A stretch of 25,685 nucleotides of DNA, from IMG/VR virus record IMGVR_UViG_3300020044_002886, positions 1 to 25,685 of that record; one strand, 5' to 3'. The stretch comes from a virus. Lineage: Duplodnaviria; Caudoviricetes. The first letter of the stretch is position 1, and each line of letters starts with the position of its first letter. Under the pieces are notes generated by a model that worked only from the letters and a program-made list of their open reading frames with translations, ran no database searches and was not told where the DNA came from. Made by a program: the position numbers and the translations under genes. Below, in pieces: positions 8,699 to 15,516 of the stretch.

Positions 8699-8718
8699 GA
8701 TGTTCTCCAGTTACCCGA

Positions 8719-8747
8719 ATTTTACAACACTAGCATAAATTTGGCGA
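8719..8747 (-). promoter_or_regulatory. Candidate leftward promoter for the packaging/head operon
   Basis: Minus strand TCGCCA-17 nt-TAAAAT, about 20 nt upstream of the ATG at 8698. Confidence 0.4.
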
Positions 8748-8753
8748 ATTGTG

Positions 8754-8798
8754 TATTAGGGTTTGTCCTATGGAATTTTTTGTTAATAAGTAGACAAT
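8754..8798 (+). promoter_or_regulatory. 17-bp box copy 1 with downstream GACAAT -10-like element
   Basis: TATTAGGGTTTGTCCTA (8754-8770) is identical to 16832-16848; GACAAT at 8793-8798; followed by an AGGAG RBS and ATG 8825. Confidence 0.65.
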
Positions 8799-8824
8799 AC
8801 AAGCATCAACAACAGGAGAACCCT

Positions 8825-8920
8825 ATGAAAGAAACCATCGCAGATATCACGCTGGCAATAGTGCTTGGCCTTGTTTTTTGCGGCTTTGCTCTTGCGTATT
8901 TTGATGTTCTGACTTACTGA
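8825..8920 (+). CDS. 31-aa single-transmembrane peptide (not in the ORF track)
   Basis: MKETIADITLAIVLGLVFCGFALAYFDVLTY; strong ACAGGAG RBS and its own promoter-like element; antisense overlap with the 3' end of 8847-9377. Confidence 0.65.
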   Translation: MKETIADITLAIVLGLVFCGFALAYFDVLTY

Positions 8921-9377
8921 TAATTGGTCTTGCTCGCTTGAGGATAATCTGTTTTGTAACAAAGTCGGACATTTCCTCAAGCTGCTTTACCGTGCTTTGC
9001 TCTAACTGTGCGTCATGGATTTCCATAGCCAGGTTCACAGCTTGCATCTCTGGTCCACGGAACAAAAACTTTTCTTTTTCAAGTCCTCTTGATGCCATTT
9101 CATAAAGAGCGTTCTGTGCTTCTCTGATCTCTAGCAGCCAATCTTTCCCTTTGCCGTGAACAGCGTAAGCCTCACACATATTGAGTGCGGCTATCAATAC
9201 ATCTATCTGGTCCCTGTTTCCACGGCCTTGAACAACCTCTGTCAGTGCTGAATGGTTCTTTGCCTTCAGAACTATCAAAGCGTCACCAACTTGAGATACT
9301 GGTTTCAGTCCAGACAGCACCCAATTAAGCGCATCCAGGCGCACACCCTTTGGTTTGTATTTGCTTTTTTTTCTCAT
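8847..9377 (-). CDS. Hypothetical phage protein
   Basis: 176 aa with basic N-terminus MRKKSKYKPKGVR; ATGA-coupled to the upstream ORF. Confidence 0.75.
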   Translation of the reverse strand: MRKKSKYKPKGVRLDALNWVLSGLKPVSQVGDALIVLKAKNHSALTEVVQGRGNRDQIDVLIAALNMCEAYAVHGKGKDWLLEIREAQNALYEMASRGLEKEKFLFRGPEMQAVNLAMEIHDAQLEQSTVKQLEEMSDFVTKQIILKRARPIISKSEHQNTQEQSRKKQGQALLPA

Positions 9378-9574
9378 GATTTCTTAAATGTAGGAAGTGG
9401 ACACCAGTGAGTCCATCGATCATTGTCACGCCAAGTCCCCAAAACAGCAATTCCAAGGTTTTTGTCAATCATCAGCATCTTTGGTCCGCAAGGTGGTGGG
9501 TTTTCTTTTGCGTCAATCCAGTGGTAATCCTGATCTACCATTGCTGCTTTACTGGTTGTGGTTGTTATTGCCAT
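9374..9574 (-). CDS. Small hypothetical protein, DUF551-like
   Basis: WI....PP.G...THWCPLP motif; start uncertain (9574 or 9541). Confidence 0.65.
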   Translation of the reverse strand: MAITTTTSKAAMVDQDYHWIDAKENPPPCGPKMLMIDKNLGIAVLGTWRDNDRWTHWCPLPTFKKS

Positions 9575-9906
9575 AAAGGCACACCTTTGACAAATGTAGT
9601 CTTGATCTTGGCAGCCTTTTGGGCTTGTACTTTTTTTACATAACTCTTGCGACTTCTGGCCGCTTGAGATTGAGAGCTTCTTGGCTGTGCATCCTCACCC
9701 TGTCCAAATGCGTAAATCTTGACACGGTTACGTCCATCAGTTTGGCCTGAGTAAGCAGCAACGTAGATCATTTCCTGCGCTCTCATCTCGTTTAGCAACC
9801 TGCCAATGGTCTTAGGATTGCATTTCGTTAGTTGAGCTAAATCAAGTCTGCTTGCTGGTGCTTCCATCAGTGCTTTAAATACTTGCACTGCATCTGCAAT
9901 GTTCAT
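9565..9906 (-). CDS. Putative winged helix-turn-helix DNA-binding protein
   Basis: Start reassigned to ATG 9906 (ATGA overlap with RBS): MNIADAVQVFKALMEAPASRLDLAQLTKCNPKTIGRLLNEMRAQEMIYV has an HTH pattern. Confidence 0.65.
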   Translation of the reverse strand: MNIADAVQVFKALMEAPASRLDLAQLTKCNPKTIGRLLNEMRAQEMIYVAAYSGQTDGRNRVKIYAFGQGEDAQPRSSQSQAARSRKSYVKKVQAQKAAKIKTTFVKGVPLWQ

Positions 9907-10211
9907 GTGTTCTTCCTTGCTCGGATGGCGGTGGCAGTATTTTTTGCACAAGCTAACCAGCCACGATCAAATTCTTCTATTTTTCCTGTTGCTGAATATT
10001 CATCACACACCTTTGCACACGCCTCACGTTCGGTTGCGACCATCTTTTCACACATCAGCGTCCAGCTTGCGTTCGCTCTGCGATTGGTTTCTTCACGCTC
10101 ATCAGCACGGACAAGGGCTTCAAAGGCTTTGAGTTGATACACATACCAATCGCTTGCAAAAGTGTCATCTATAAGATCAGCCTCACGGGCCATGTCTATC
10201 GTGTCTCTCAT
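9903..10211 (-). CDS. Hypothetical phage protein (EREACAK-motif family)
   Basis: MRDTIDMAREA...FEALVRADERE...EREACAKVCD...AIRAR; start at the ATGA overlap with GGAG RBS. Confidence 0.75.
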   Translation of the reverse strand: MRDTIDMAREADLIDDTFASDWYVYQLKAFEALVRADEREETNRRANASWTLMCEKMVATEREACAKVCDEYSATGKIEEFDRGWLACAKNTATAIRARKNT

Positions 10212-10612
10212 GTGTTCTCCTTGTTTGGCCACTCAGCCCAGAACAGCGGTTTACCGACCAAGTGCTCCTTCTCCATCGCCATCGTGACAAACTCAAGTGG
10301 GGATACCTGCACAGTTGCTGCGGGTGGGGTGGTGTTTAACCGCTTCAACAGCCACTCCATAACATTTAGGGATACAAATTCCCGTGTGTTTTCGTAAATT
10401 TCTTGCTCAAGGCTGTCTATTGTTGCCACAGGCTCCTGCACAGGTGCTGTCTCCATCACGCATTCAACGCAACTGCAATAACCAGTACCGCAGTTCTGTG
10501 GGCGTTTCTGCACAGGTGCTGAACGGACTTGCTTGATGGCGGCGATGGCATCAGACTGCCTCCATCCGTCACCAGCCTCCAACGCCAAGTCCAATGCGGT
10601 GTCTTTATCCAT
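10208..10612 (-). CDS. Hypothetical modular phage protein (QEPVA/TTPP family), paralogue of 10775-11188
   Basis: Start reassigned to ATG 10612 (GGAGAAG RBS); motifs ALDLALEA, RSAPVQ, CGTGYCSCVEC, APVQEPVA, TTPPA. Confidence 0.7.
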   Translation of the reverse strand: MDKDTALDLALEAGDGWRQSDAIAAIKQVRSAPVQKRPQNCGTGYCSCVECVMETAPVQEPVATIDSLEQEIYENTREFVSLNVMEWLLKRLNTTPPAATVQVSPLEFVTMAMEKEHLVGKPLFWAEWPNKENT

Positions 10613-11155
10613 TGTTCTTCTCCTTTCGTGGCGCACAAACTGCATGACCTTTTCCAATTTGAGGCAAGATGCTTTCTCTCGCCTTGTAGCAATCTTCTTG
10701 GGTCTTGTATTCGTATTCGCGCTGCATGTGGCAAATAGCAAAAGACATCCCAAAACACACTGAAAGAATCCAAGTCATGTGTTCTTCTCCCTAACTTTAG
10801 CTTCGGTTCGATGCACGCAATCGCGCAACAGTTCGTCAATAAACCCAAACTCTTGCTCAATGTCCTCATCTGTCAGCCAAACCCATTGCCGCTGTGCGGG
10901 TGGGGTGGTGTAGAGGGGTGTCCAGTGGTTCGGTTCAAAGTCGCCGCCTTTTGCCTTATTTGCTTGGCGCAACAAGCCTGTTTCTTTGTGCATCCACGCC
11001 ACAGGCTCCTGCACAGGTGCTGAACGGGCTTGCTTGATGGCGGTGATTGCTTCTCTTGCGTTTTGCAACGCAACGTGATCGTGCTTTACGGCAAACAACC
11101 TCGCCTCTGTTTGCGCCACAAGTTCCTTCAACGCCTCCAGCGCCAAGTCCAATGC
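10425..11155. repeat. Dispersed direct repeats shared by two paralogous ORFs
   Basis: GCCACAGGCTCCTGCACAGGTGCTG is identical at 10425-10449 and 10998-11022; the 39-mer at 10508-10546 matches 11009-11047 with 2 mismatches; GCCTCCA(A/G)CGCCAAGTCCAATGC occurs near 10575 and 11133. Confidence 0.85.
10605..10778 (-). CDS. Small hypothetical protein (not in the ORF track)
   Basis: MTWILSVCFGMSFAICHMQREYEYKTQEDCYKARESILPQIGKGHAVCAPRKEKNNG; ATGA overlap upstream and overlap with the next start downstream. Confidence 0.65.
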   Translation of the reverse strand: MTWILSVCFGMSFAICHMQREYEYKTQEDCYKARESILPQIGKGHAVCAPRKEKNNG

Positions 11156-11188
11156 TTCTTCAGTGCTTCGCACTTGGTCTTTAGTCAT
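10775..11188 (-). CDS. Hypothetical modular phage protein (QEPVAW/PLYTTPP/W..LTDEDI family)
   Basis: Start reassigned to ATG 11188 (GAGGAG RBS, ATGA overlap); motifs QEPVAWM, WTPLYTTPP, WVWLTDEDI, EAKVREKNT. Confidence 0.75.
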   Translation of the reverse strand: MTKDQVRSTEEALDLALEALKELVAQTEARLFAVKHDHVALQNAREAITAIKQARSAPVQEPVAWMHKETGLLRQANKAKGGDFEPNHWTPLYTTPPAQRQWVWLTDEDIEQEFGFIDELLRDCVHRTEAKVREKNT

Positions 11189-11349
11189 AAACAACTCCTC
11201 AATGTCAACAAGCCAAGCATCAGCACGATGAAAGCCCACAGTATCCAAATCAACTGCCCGTCAGCAGGGGTTGGTTTTGCTTCCATCTCCTTGCGGATCG
11301 GACAATCACGTCCTTGTCGGCAATTGCCGTGTTCATCGCAGCAAGTCAT
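11185..11349 (-). CDS. Small Cys-motif membrane protein (not in the ORF track)
   Basis: MTCCDEHGNCRQGRDCPIRKEMEAKPTPADGQLIWILWAFIVLMLGLLTLRSCL; C.QGR.CP motif plus one TM helix; ATGA overlaps at both ends. Confidence 0.7.
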   Translation of the reverse strand: MTCCDEHGNCRQGRDCPIRKEMEAKPTPADGQLIWILWAFIVLMLGLLTLRSCL

Positions 11350-11579
11350 ACGTTCCTCTGCTCAAAGCTGTAATCAGACATGGCGGCTTCTGCTTCCATC
11401 TCTAATGCTGTCAGTTGTTCTTTGAAAAGAAGTTCTGTTACGTCAGTTCCGTAGTAGTCAACGTAATCCAGACTTGTGTGGATGCTTTCACCGTCTTCGT
11501 CAAAGTCTTTATCAATCTTCATGTAAACAGTAATAGCACCACCGTTTAATGTCGTGTTGTATTTGAATTCGGTCATCAC
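11346..11579 (-). CDS. Acidic hypothetical protein
   Basis: 77 aa; AAGGA RBS; first gene after promoter copy 3. Confidence 0.7.
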   Translation of the reverse strand: MMTEFKYNTTLNGGAITVYMKIDKDFDEDGESIHTSLDYVDYYGTDVTELLFKEQLTALEMEAEAAMSDYSFEQRNV

Positions 11580-11584
11580 ATTCC

Positions 11585-11646
11585 TTGGTTAATGAGCCTC
11601 TATTGTCTAGCGGATAATTAACTTTGTGTATTGGTGAAAACCCTTA
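11585..11646 (-). promoter_or_regulatory. Box-associated promoter copy 3
   Basis: Minus strand TAAGGGTTTTCACCAAT (11630-11646), TACACA-17 nt-GACAAT, then AGAGGCTCA; shares AATACACAAA, ACAATAGAGGCTCA and AACCAA with 16832-16905. Confidence 0.65.
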
Positions 11647-11911
11647 TAAGTGTCCAATCAAGCAATTCTTGTTGCGTGATACCATAGTGCTTTACAAAGC
11701 CTTTAGTGCCAAGCCCATGAACACCCGTGTTGCCTCGATGGTGTTCAGCGCAAAGTGGTATCAGCGTCTTGTAATCACCCTTACCCCATCCTCCTGCTCT
11801 CAGGTGGTGAAGTTCTACGGGCGCTGGATCATGGTCGCCGTGTAAGTGATGGCAAAGAGCGCAACCTAGTTCAGCGACTGCGTTCTTATGGGCTTTTTCA
11901 TCCTTGGTCAA
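11618..11911 (-). CDS. Ref-like (recombination enhancement) HNH-type nuclease
   Basis: VAELGCALC...ELHHLRAG...LIPLCAEHHRGNTGVH...F...YG...ELL. Confidence 0.75.
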   Translation of the reverse strand: MTKDEKAHKNAVAELGCALCHHLHGDHDPAPVELHHLRAGGWGKGDYKTLIPLCAEHHRGNTGVHGLGTKGFVKHYGITQQELLDWTLIRVFTNTQS

Positions 11912-12308
11912 AAGTCACCCCGTTTTCTGTACCCCAAGCAAACAGCCACTCAATAAACTGACTTGACTCGTCTTTCTTAAACTTCCTTGTTTGCAGTCCA
12001 AGCTGAACAATTCCAGTGCCATCAAGGCTAGGAACTAGTTTTCCAGTGCTGATTCCCACCTCTTTAGCAAACTGCCAAACAAGAAAACGCTTCCAATCTT
12101 CTTGTGACCACTTAGCCCCTAAATGACTAGCTTGCTTTGCGATCTGACCAATAATGCTGTGATACATCTCTTCCTGGTCGCGGCTTTTTGATTCTTTTTC
12201 AATCGTCAGAACCAACTTGTTTCCAGCCAGCAAGTAAGGCTTGGCTTTTTGCCAAACATCTTTCAGGACAGTGTGCGCTTGTTGAGCGTTATAAAGGGTG
12301 ACTTTCAT
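11898..12308 (-). CDS. ninB: NinB/Orf-family recombination protein
   Basis: KSRDQEEMYHSIIGQIAKQ, WSQEDWKRFL, VPSLDG.GIVQLGLQTRKF, FIEWLFAWG.ENGV; start set to ATG 12308 (ATGA overlap with rusA). Confidence 0.85.
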   Translation of the reverse strand: MKVTLYNAQQAHTVLKDVWQKAKPYLLAGNKLVLTIEKESKSRDQEEMYHSIIGQIAKQASHLGAKWSQEDWKRFLVWQFAKEVGISTGKLVPSLDGTGIVQLGLQTRKFKKDESSQFIEWLFAWGTENGVTFDQG

Positions 12309-12718
12309 TCCAATTCCTCTTTCACGCAAACATGAACACTAGGAATGGTGTCGTAACGCTTTGTCACATGAAGACTCACCACTTGGACGTCATCTTTGTA
12401 AACAATCCCGTTCATAGAATCAAGGAACGCTTTAGCCACGTTATCCAAGTCGGGTTTCTTTGGTCGCTCAAAACGGTTTAAACAGGCTTCCTTGCGCTTT
12501 TTTGAGTAACTGGCGGGAATAGCATGGTTTATGTAGATATAGACCGCTACAGGCGTTTCTAGTGGTTTTGTCAGCCCCATAGCTTCCTTTGCTTTGTCAG
12601 CAATCAACTTCTCGTAGTCAACTGTCTTTTTTGGCGTGTATGTGTGGCCCCTTGAAAACCTCGGACGCTGCTTGCCAACAGGATCGCCATCTACGCTGAA
12701 AATTGTTTGGAAAGTCAT
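12305..12718 (-). CDS. rusA: RusA-family Holliday junction resolvase
   Basis: G.PVGKQRPRF, YTPKKT..YE, KKPDLDNVAKAFLDSMNGIVYKDDVQVV (catalytic D-x-D-N-x-x-K...D-D). Confidence 0.92.
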   Translation of the reverse strand: MTFQTIFSVDGDPVGKQRPRFSRGHTYTPKKTVDYEKLIADKAKEAMGLTKPLETPVAVYIYINHAIPASYSKKRKEACLNRFERPKKPDLDNVAKAFLDSMNGIVYKDDVQVVSLHVTKRYDTIPSVHVCVKEELE

Positions 12719-12927
12719 TCAAGTTCACCGCTTTGTAATTTCAGCATGTAGCCTCTAATTCGTTGTACAGCACCAGAGCCATATCGCTTTTCTAACCACT
12801 CCATGCGAACAGGCGTAAGAACTTTTTGTCCTGTTGATTCATATGTGCGGTAGAGCACTCTGGCTTCACCAAGTTCTATTTGGTATCTGTCACCAGAATT
12901 AGATATTTCTTTTCTGCTGTACGCCAT
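12715..12927 (-). CDS. Hypothetical protein
   Basis: 70 aa, ATGA-coupled to rusA. Confidence 0.65.
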   Translation of the reverse strand: MAYSRKEISNSGDRYQIELGEARVLYRTYESTGQKVLTPVRMEWLEKRYGSGAVQRIRGYMLKLQSGELE

Positions 12928-12939
12928 TAGTAAAAACCC

Positions 12940-13131
12940 TTAGTACGGCATTGGGTTAAGAGAAATCAAGCCCCACTTCATTTGAGGGTACTTGCGAACA
13001 ATGTCTGTCTTTTGCAGACGCTGGATGGTCGCCCATACTTGTTTTGTTGTCCAGCAAGTGATTTCTTCAATCTCTTTGCTAGACAGTTCACCGTGTTCAA
13101 GGAGGCGTTTGAGTGCGTAGGTACGGGTCAT
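12940..13131 (-). CDS. Small winged-HTH-like protein
   Basis: Start reassigned to ATG 13131 (ATGA overlap with the MTase stop): MTRTYALKRLLEHGELSSKEIEEITCWTTKQVWATIQRLQKTDIV. Confidence 0.65.
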   Translation of the reverse strand: MTRTYALKRLLEHGELSSKEIEEITCWTTKQVWATIQRLQKTDIVRKYPQMKWGLISLNPMPY

Positions 13132-13868
13132 GCTGTTAAAACTTTCCATGCTGTTGCTGCACAAAGTGGGACTTGTCCGTTACCAATGGCTTTAAGTCTG
13201 TCCACCCGACTGGATAACCCATCATTGCTTCCGAATGTTCTGGGATCGGATACGTCAGGCCAAATTTGATCTTGCACCAATGCCTCAATTGATCTGTTCT
13301 TGCTCGGCCTGTTTTGCTGTGGACTGTCGTTGTGCCACCCTTCCAATCGTCTGCCAATGGAGTTGGCAACAATCCAGATTCTTTCGCGTTTATGAGAGGC
13401 TCCGACAGCGTTTGCTCCCAGCACTCCCCATTTAGCATCAAACCCCATAAAGGCCAAATCTCCAAGAACAGTTCCAAGTCCCCTAGAAACGAGCATTGGT
13501 GAGTTCTCCACAAACACGAATCTTGGTCGTACTTCACAAATGATCCTTGCCATTTGCTTCCACATTCCTGATCTGGCCCCGTCAAGTCCATCGCCTTTTC
13601 CGGCTGCTGAGATGTCTTGGCATGGAAACCCACCCGAAACAACGTCAACAATTCCTCGCCACGGTTTTCCGTCAAAGGTTTGTACGTCATCCCAAATCGG
13701 GAAAGGCGGGAGAAGCCCGTCATTTTGCCTGGCGCACAGTACGCTAGCTGGATAGGGTTCCCATTCAACGGCGCAGACTGTGTTCCATCCGAGGAGCTTT
13801 CCTCCGAGAATCCCGCCACCTGCTCCGGCAAATAAAGCGAGTTCATTAAGGCTTTGCTGATTAGCCAT
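13128..13868 (-). CDS. dcm: C5 cytosine DNA methyltransferase, catalytic (alpha) polypeptide lacking motif IX
   Basis: Motif I LFAGAGG, IV GGFPCQDIS, VI FVENSP, VIII HKRERIWIVA, X RLKAIGNGQVP; no motif IX between VIII and X. Confidence 0.93.
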   Translation of the reverse strand: MANQQSLNELALFAGAGGGILGGKLLGWNTVCAVEWEPYPASVLCARQNDGLLPPFPIWDDVQTFDGKPWRGIVDVVSGGFPCQDISAAGKGDGLDGARSGMWKQMARIICEVRPRFVFVENSPMLVSRGLGTVLGDLAFMGFDAKWGVLGANAVGASHKRERIWIVANSIGRRLEGWHNDSPQQNRPSKNRSIEALVQDQIWPDVSDPRTFGSNDGLSSRVDRLKAIGNGQVPLCAATAWKVLTA

Positions 13869-13873
13869 GACAT
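13136..13873 (-). CDS. Alternative-frame methyltransferase beta polypeptide (carries a motif IX-like segment)
   Basis: 245-codon open frame overlapping the MTase almost end to end; its ATG overlaps the rep stop (TAATG); contains LPTPLADDWKG and PEHSEAMMGYPVGWT, lying just upstream of alpha-frame motif X. Confidence 0.72.
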   Translation of the reverse strand: MSWLISKALMNSLYLPEQVAGFSEESSSDGTQSAPLNGNPIQLAYCAPGKMTGFSRLSRFGMTYKPLTENRGEELLTLFRVGFHAKTSQQPEKAMDLTGPDQECGSKWQGSFVKYDQDSCLWRTHQCSFLGDLELFLEIWPLWGLMLNGECWEQTLSEPLINAKESGLLPTPLADDWKGGTTTVHSKTGRARTDQLRHWCKIKFGLTYPIPEHSEAMMGYPVGWTDLKPLVTDKSHFVQQQHGKF

Positions 13874-14694
13874 TATGCTTTCCTCAGAACTTGATTGATT
13901 TGCTGACGAATGTGGTCAGGCATAGGTGCGGCCTTTTGTCTGTCAGCCTCGATCTTCAGCAGCACAGGATCAGGGCCAGTATGTTGGGCAGGAACTGTTG
14001 TCCTGGCAACGTCAGCAGCTTGTTGGGCAAAGGATTGCTTTGGGGCCACCCACTCAGCTTTAAAACTTGCCCATGTACGCAAACAACACTCTTTGATTGC
14101 GTCCTCAAGAGTCCAGCCAGCTTTATTGACTTGATTTGAAAACAACTCCCAAGCGGTTTGAGTCAGTGGAGCATCCTTCTTCTTCCTGATTACAAGCCAA
14201 TCATTCCAAATTTGCTCATTAACAAAATCAGGCCGCGTTACTAACGAGTCATTTCCCTTCCTTTTCCCTTCCCTTCCCTTCCCTTCCACTTGAGTATGCA
14301 CAAGAGGCGTGACTGACGCGTCAACCACGCGTGACTCATGCGTGCAAGTTGTTGATTCTTCAGGGGAAGGCAGCAAAGATGTTGACTCTCTGTTGTTAAT
14401 TACCTGATGTTGTGACCAAGATGGAATACAGCCAAATTCATCGCCTTCAAAAGAATATTTGACAATAAATCCATGCGTGACTAACGCGTCAAGTACGCGT
14501 GAAAAATCAACTTGATCGTATGGAAGAACATCTAACTTCAATGCTCTAGGTTTCCATTTAAATCTACCTTCTCGATCACAAGCCGTAAACAATCCAATGT
14601 ATGCCAAACGCAAAGGCAATTTGTTTTGCTGCTCCGCTTCGAAAAGTGCTTCATGCCTAAACAACTCAGGCTTAACTGTTCTGATTCGTGCCAT
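13873..14694 (-). CDS. Replication initiator (lambda O-like / replisome organiser)
   Basis: MARIRTVKPELF N-terminus, D.EGRF.W.PR.LK, low-complexity linker EGKGREGKRKG, C-terminal W.DWL..RK.K.APLT.TA domain; internal DNA repeats. Confidence 0.8.
   Translation of the reverse strand: MARIRTVKPELFRHEALFEAEQQNKLPLRLAYIGLFTACDREGRFKWKPRALKLDVLPYDQVDFSRVLDALVTHGFIVKYSFEGDEFGCIPSWSQHQVINNRESTSLLPSPEESTTCTHESRVVDASVTPLVHTQVEGKGREGKRKGNDSLVTRPDFVNEQIWNDWLVIRKKKDAPLTQTAWELFSNQVNKAGWTLEDAIKECCLRTWASFKAEWVAPKQSFAQQAADVARTTVPAQHTGPDPVLLKIEADRQKAAPMPDHIRQQINQVLRKA
14235..14502. repeat. Iteron-like repeats and pyrimidine tract inside rep (candidate origin)
   Basis: GCGTGACTGACGCGTCAACCACGCGTGA (14307-14334) matches GCGTGACTAACGCGTCAAGTACGCGTGA (14475-14502) at 25/28 positions; GCGTTACTAACGAGTCA at 14235-14251; (TTCCC)n tract at about 14253-14287. 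Confidence 0.6.
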
Positions 14695-15061
14695 TGGCCT
14701 TCTCCAGAAACATATTGACCAAATCTTCTTTTGTCAAAACCGAAAGAATGTCACACAAACCATCAAGATCGTAACAATTCCAATAGCCAATTTTTGCCAA
14801 AGAAAGTATCACATTGGCCTTGCAGCCTTCGCTTTCCGCGTGTTGATCGGAATGACAATCAGCACATAAAGTTATGATTGTTTCAGAGTCGTAATCCCAC
14901 GGGCCTTCAGAATAAGGATGATAGTGAGAATGATGGGCGTGAAGCGTTTTTGTCGTGCTTCCGCAGCATCTACAAGCAAATCCGTCACGCTCATAGACGC
15001 GCAAACGCATCTGTTGCCAACGAGGGTCTAGCAATTTTTCGGAATAGCTTTTCTTAGCCAT
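14672..15061 (-). CDS. HNH endonuclease (HNHc)
   Basis: Start set to ATG 15061 (AGGTG RBS); DPRWQQMRL...RDGFACRCCG...LHAHH..Y...PWDY...TLCADCH...H. Confidence 0.85.
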   Translation of the reverse strand: MAKKSYSEKLLDPRWQQMRLRVYERDGFACRCCGSTTKTLHAHHSHYHPYSEGPWDYDSETIITLCADCHSDQHAESEGCKANVILSLAKIGYWNCYDLDGLCDILSVLTKEDLVNMFLEKANGTNQNS

Positions 15062-15095
15062 AAGCCGCACCTTTTAACAATGAGCCACCTTGAAA

Positions 15096-15163
15096 GAAAC
15101 CAACGGAAGGCGAGGTGGGGACGCTTTTCCCAAGGCTCATGACTTCCTTGGTATCCGGGTTTC
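15096..15163 (-). ncRNA. Structured leader RNA, c4/CI-antisense-like architecture
   Basis: Nested stems GAAACC/GGTTTC, CGGA/TCCG, CCAAGG/CCTTGG (loop AAGTCATGAG) and GCG/CGC (loop TCCCCACCT); begins at the predicted transcription start. Confidence 0.6.
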
Positions 15164-15168
15164 ACAAT

Positions 15169-15197
15169 ACTATATCACTTATCTAACGTCTTGCCAA
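15169..15197 (-). promoter_or_regulatory. Sigma70 promoter for the HNH-rep-MTase-nin operon
   Basis: TTGGCA (15192-15197)-17 nt-TATAGT (15169-15174) with an extended -10 TGn. Confidence 0.7.
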
Positions 15198-15516
15198 TCT
15201 CTGCTGCTGCACGGGTGATGGCTCGGCGGGTGGCGGCGTAGGGGTCTTCTAAATGAACCTCCACTTTGCTTGCTAATTTCCGAAGCGGCACTTCCCCGTC
15301 AGTAATTCCGGTTGCTTCACGCCCAATAAAAATGTTCAGATGCAACTTCACCGCCAAACGTAGCGCATCGCCATCGTCTGTGAGGGGGTTCCACATTTGA
15401 GTTATGACCATGCCGCTTTTTGGGTCTGCCAAACATAATCCACGACTCATGTGGTAGCTTTGCCACTTAATGCCCGCCGCCTTTGCAGCCAGTTCCAATA
15501 GTTCTCTGTCAGTCAT
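15175..15516 (-). CDS. Hypothetical phage protein
   Basis: MTDRELLELAAKAAG...WNPLTDDGDALRLAVKL...ATRRAITRAAAEIG, a family I recognise from proteobacterial phages. Confidence 0.85.
   Translation of the reverse strand: MTDRELLELAAKAAGIKWQSYHMSRGLCLADPKSGMVITQMWNPLTDDGDALRLAVKLHLNIFIGREATGITDGEVPLRKLASKVEVHLEDPYAATRRAITRAAAEIGKTLDK

Noticed and set aside
10208-11188. Repeats as a CRISPR array or DGR template/variable repeat
   Set aside because: Repeats are in-frame coding blocks with irregular spacing; mismatches are too few to show adenine-specific mutagenesis; no cas or reverse transcriptase gene in the window.
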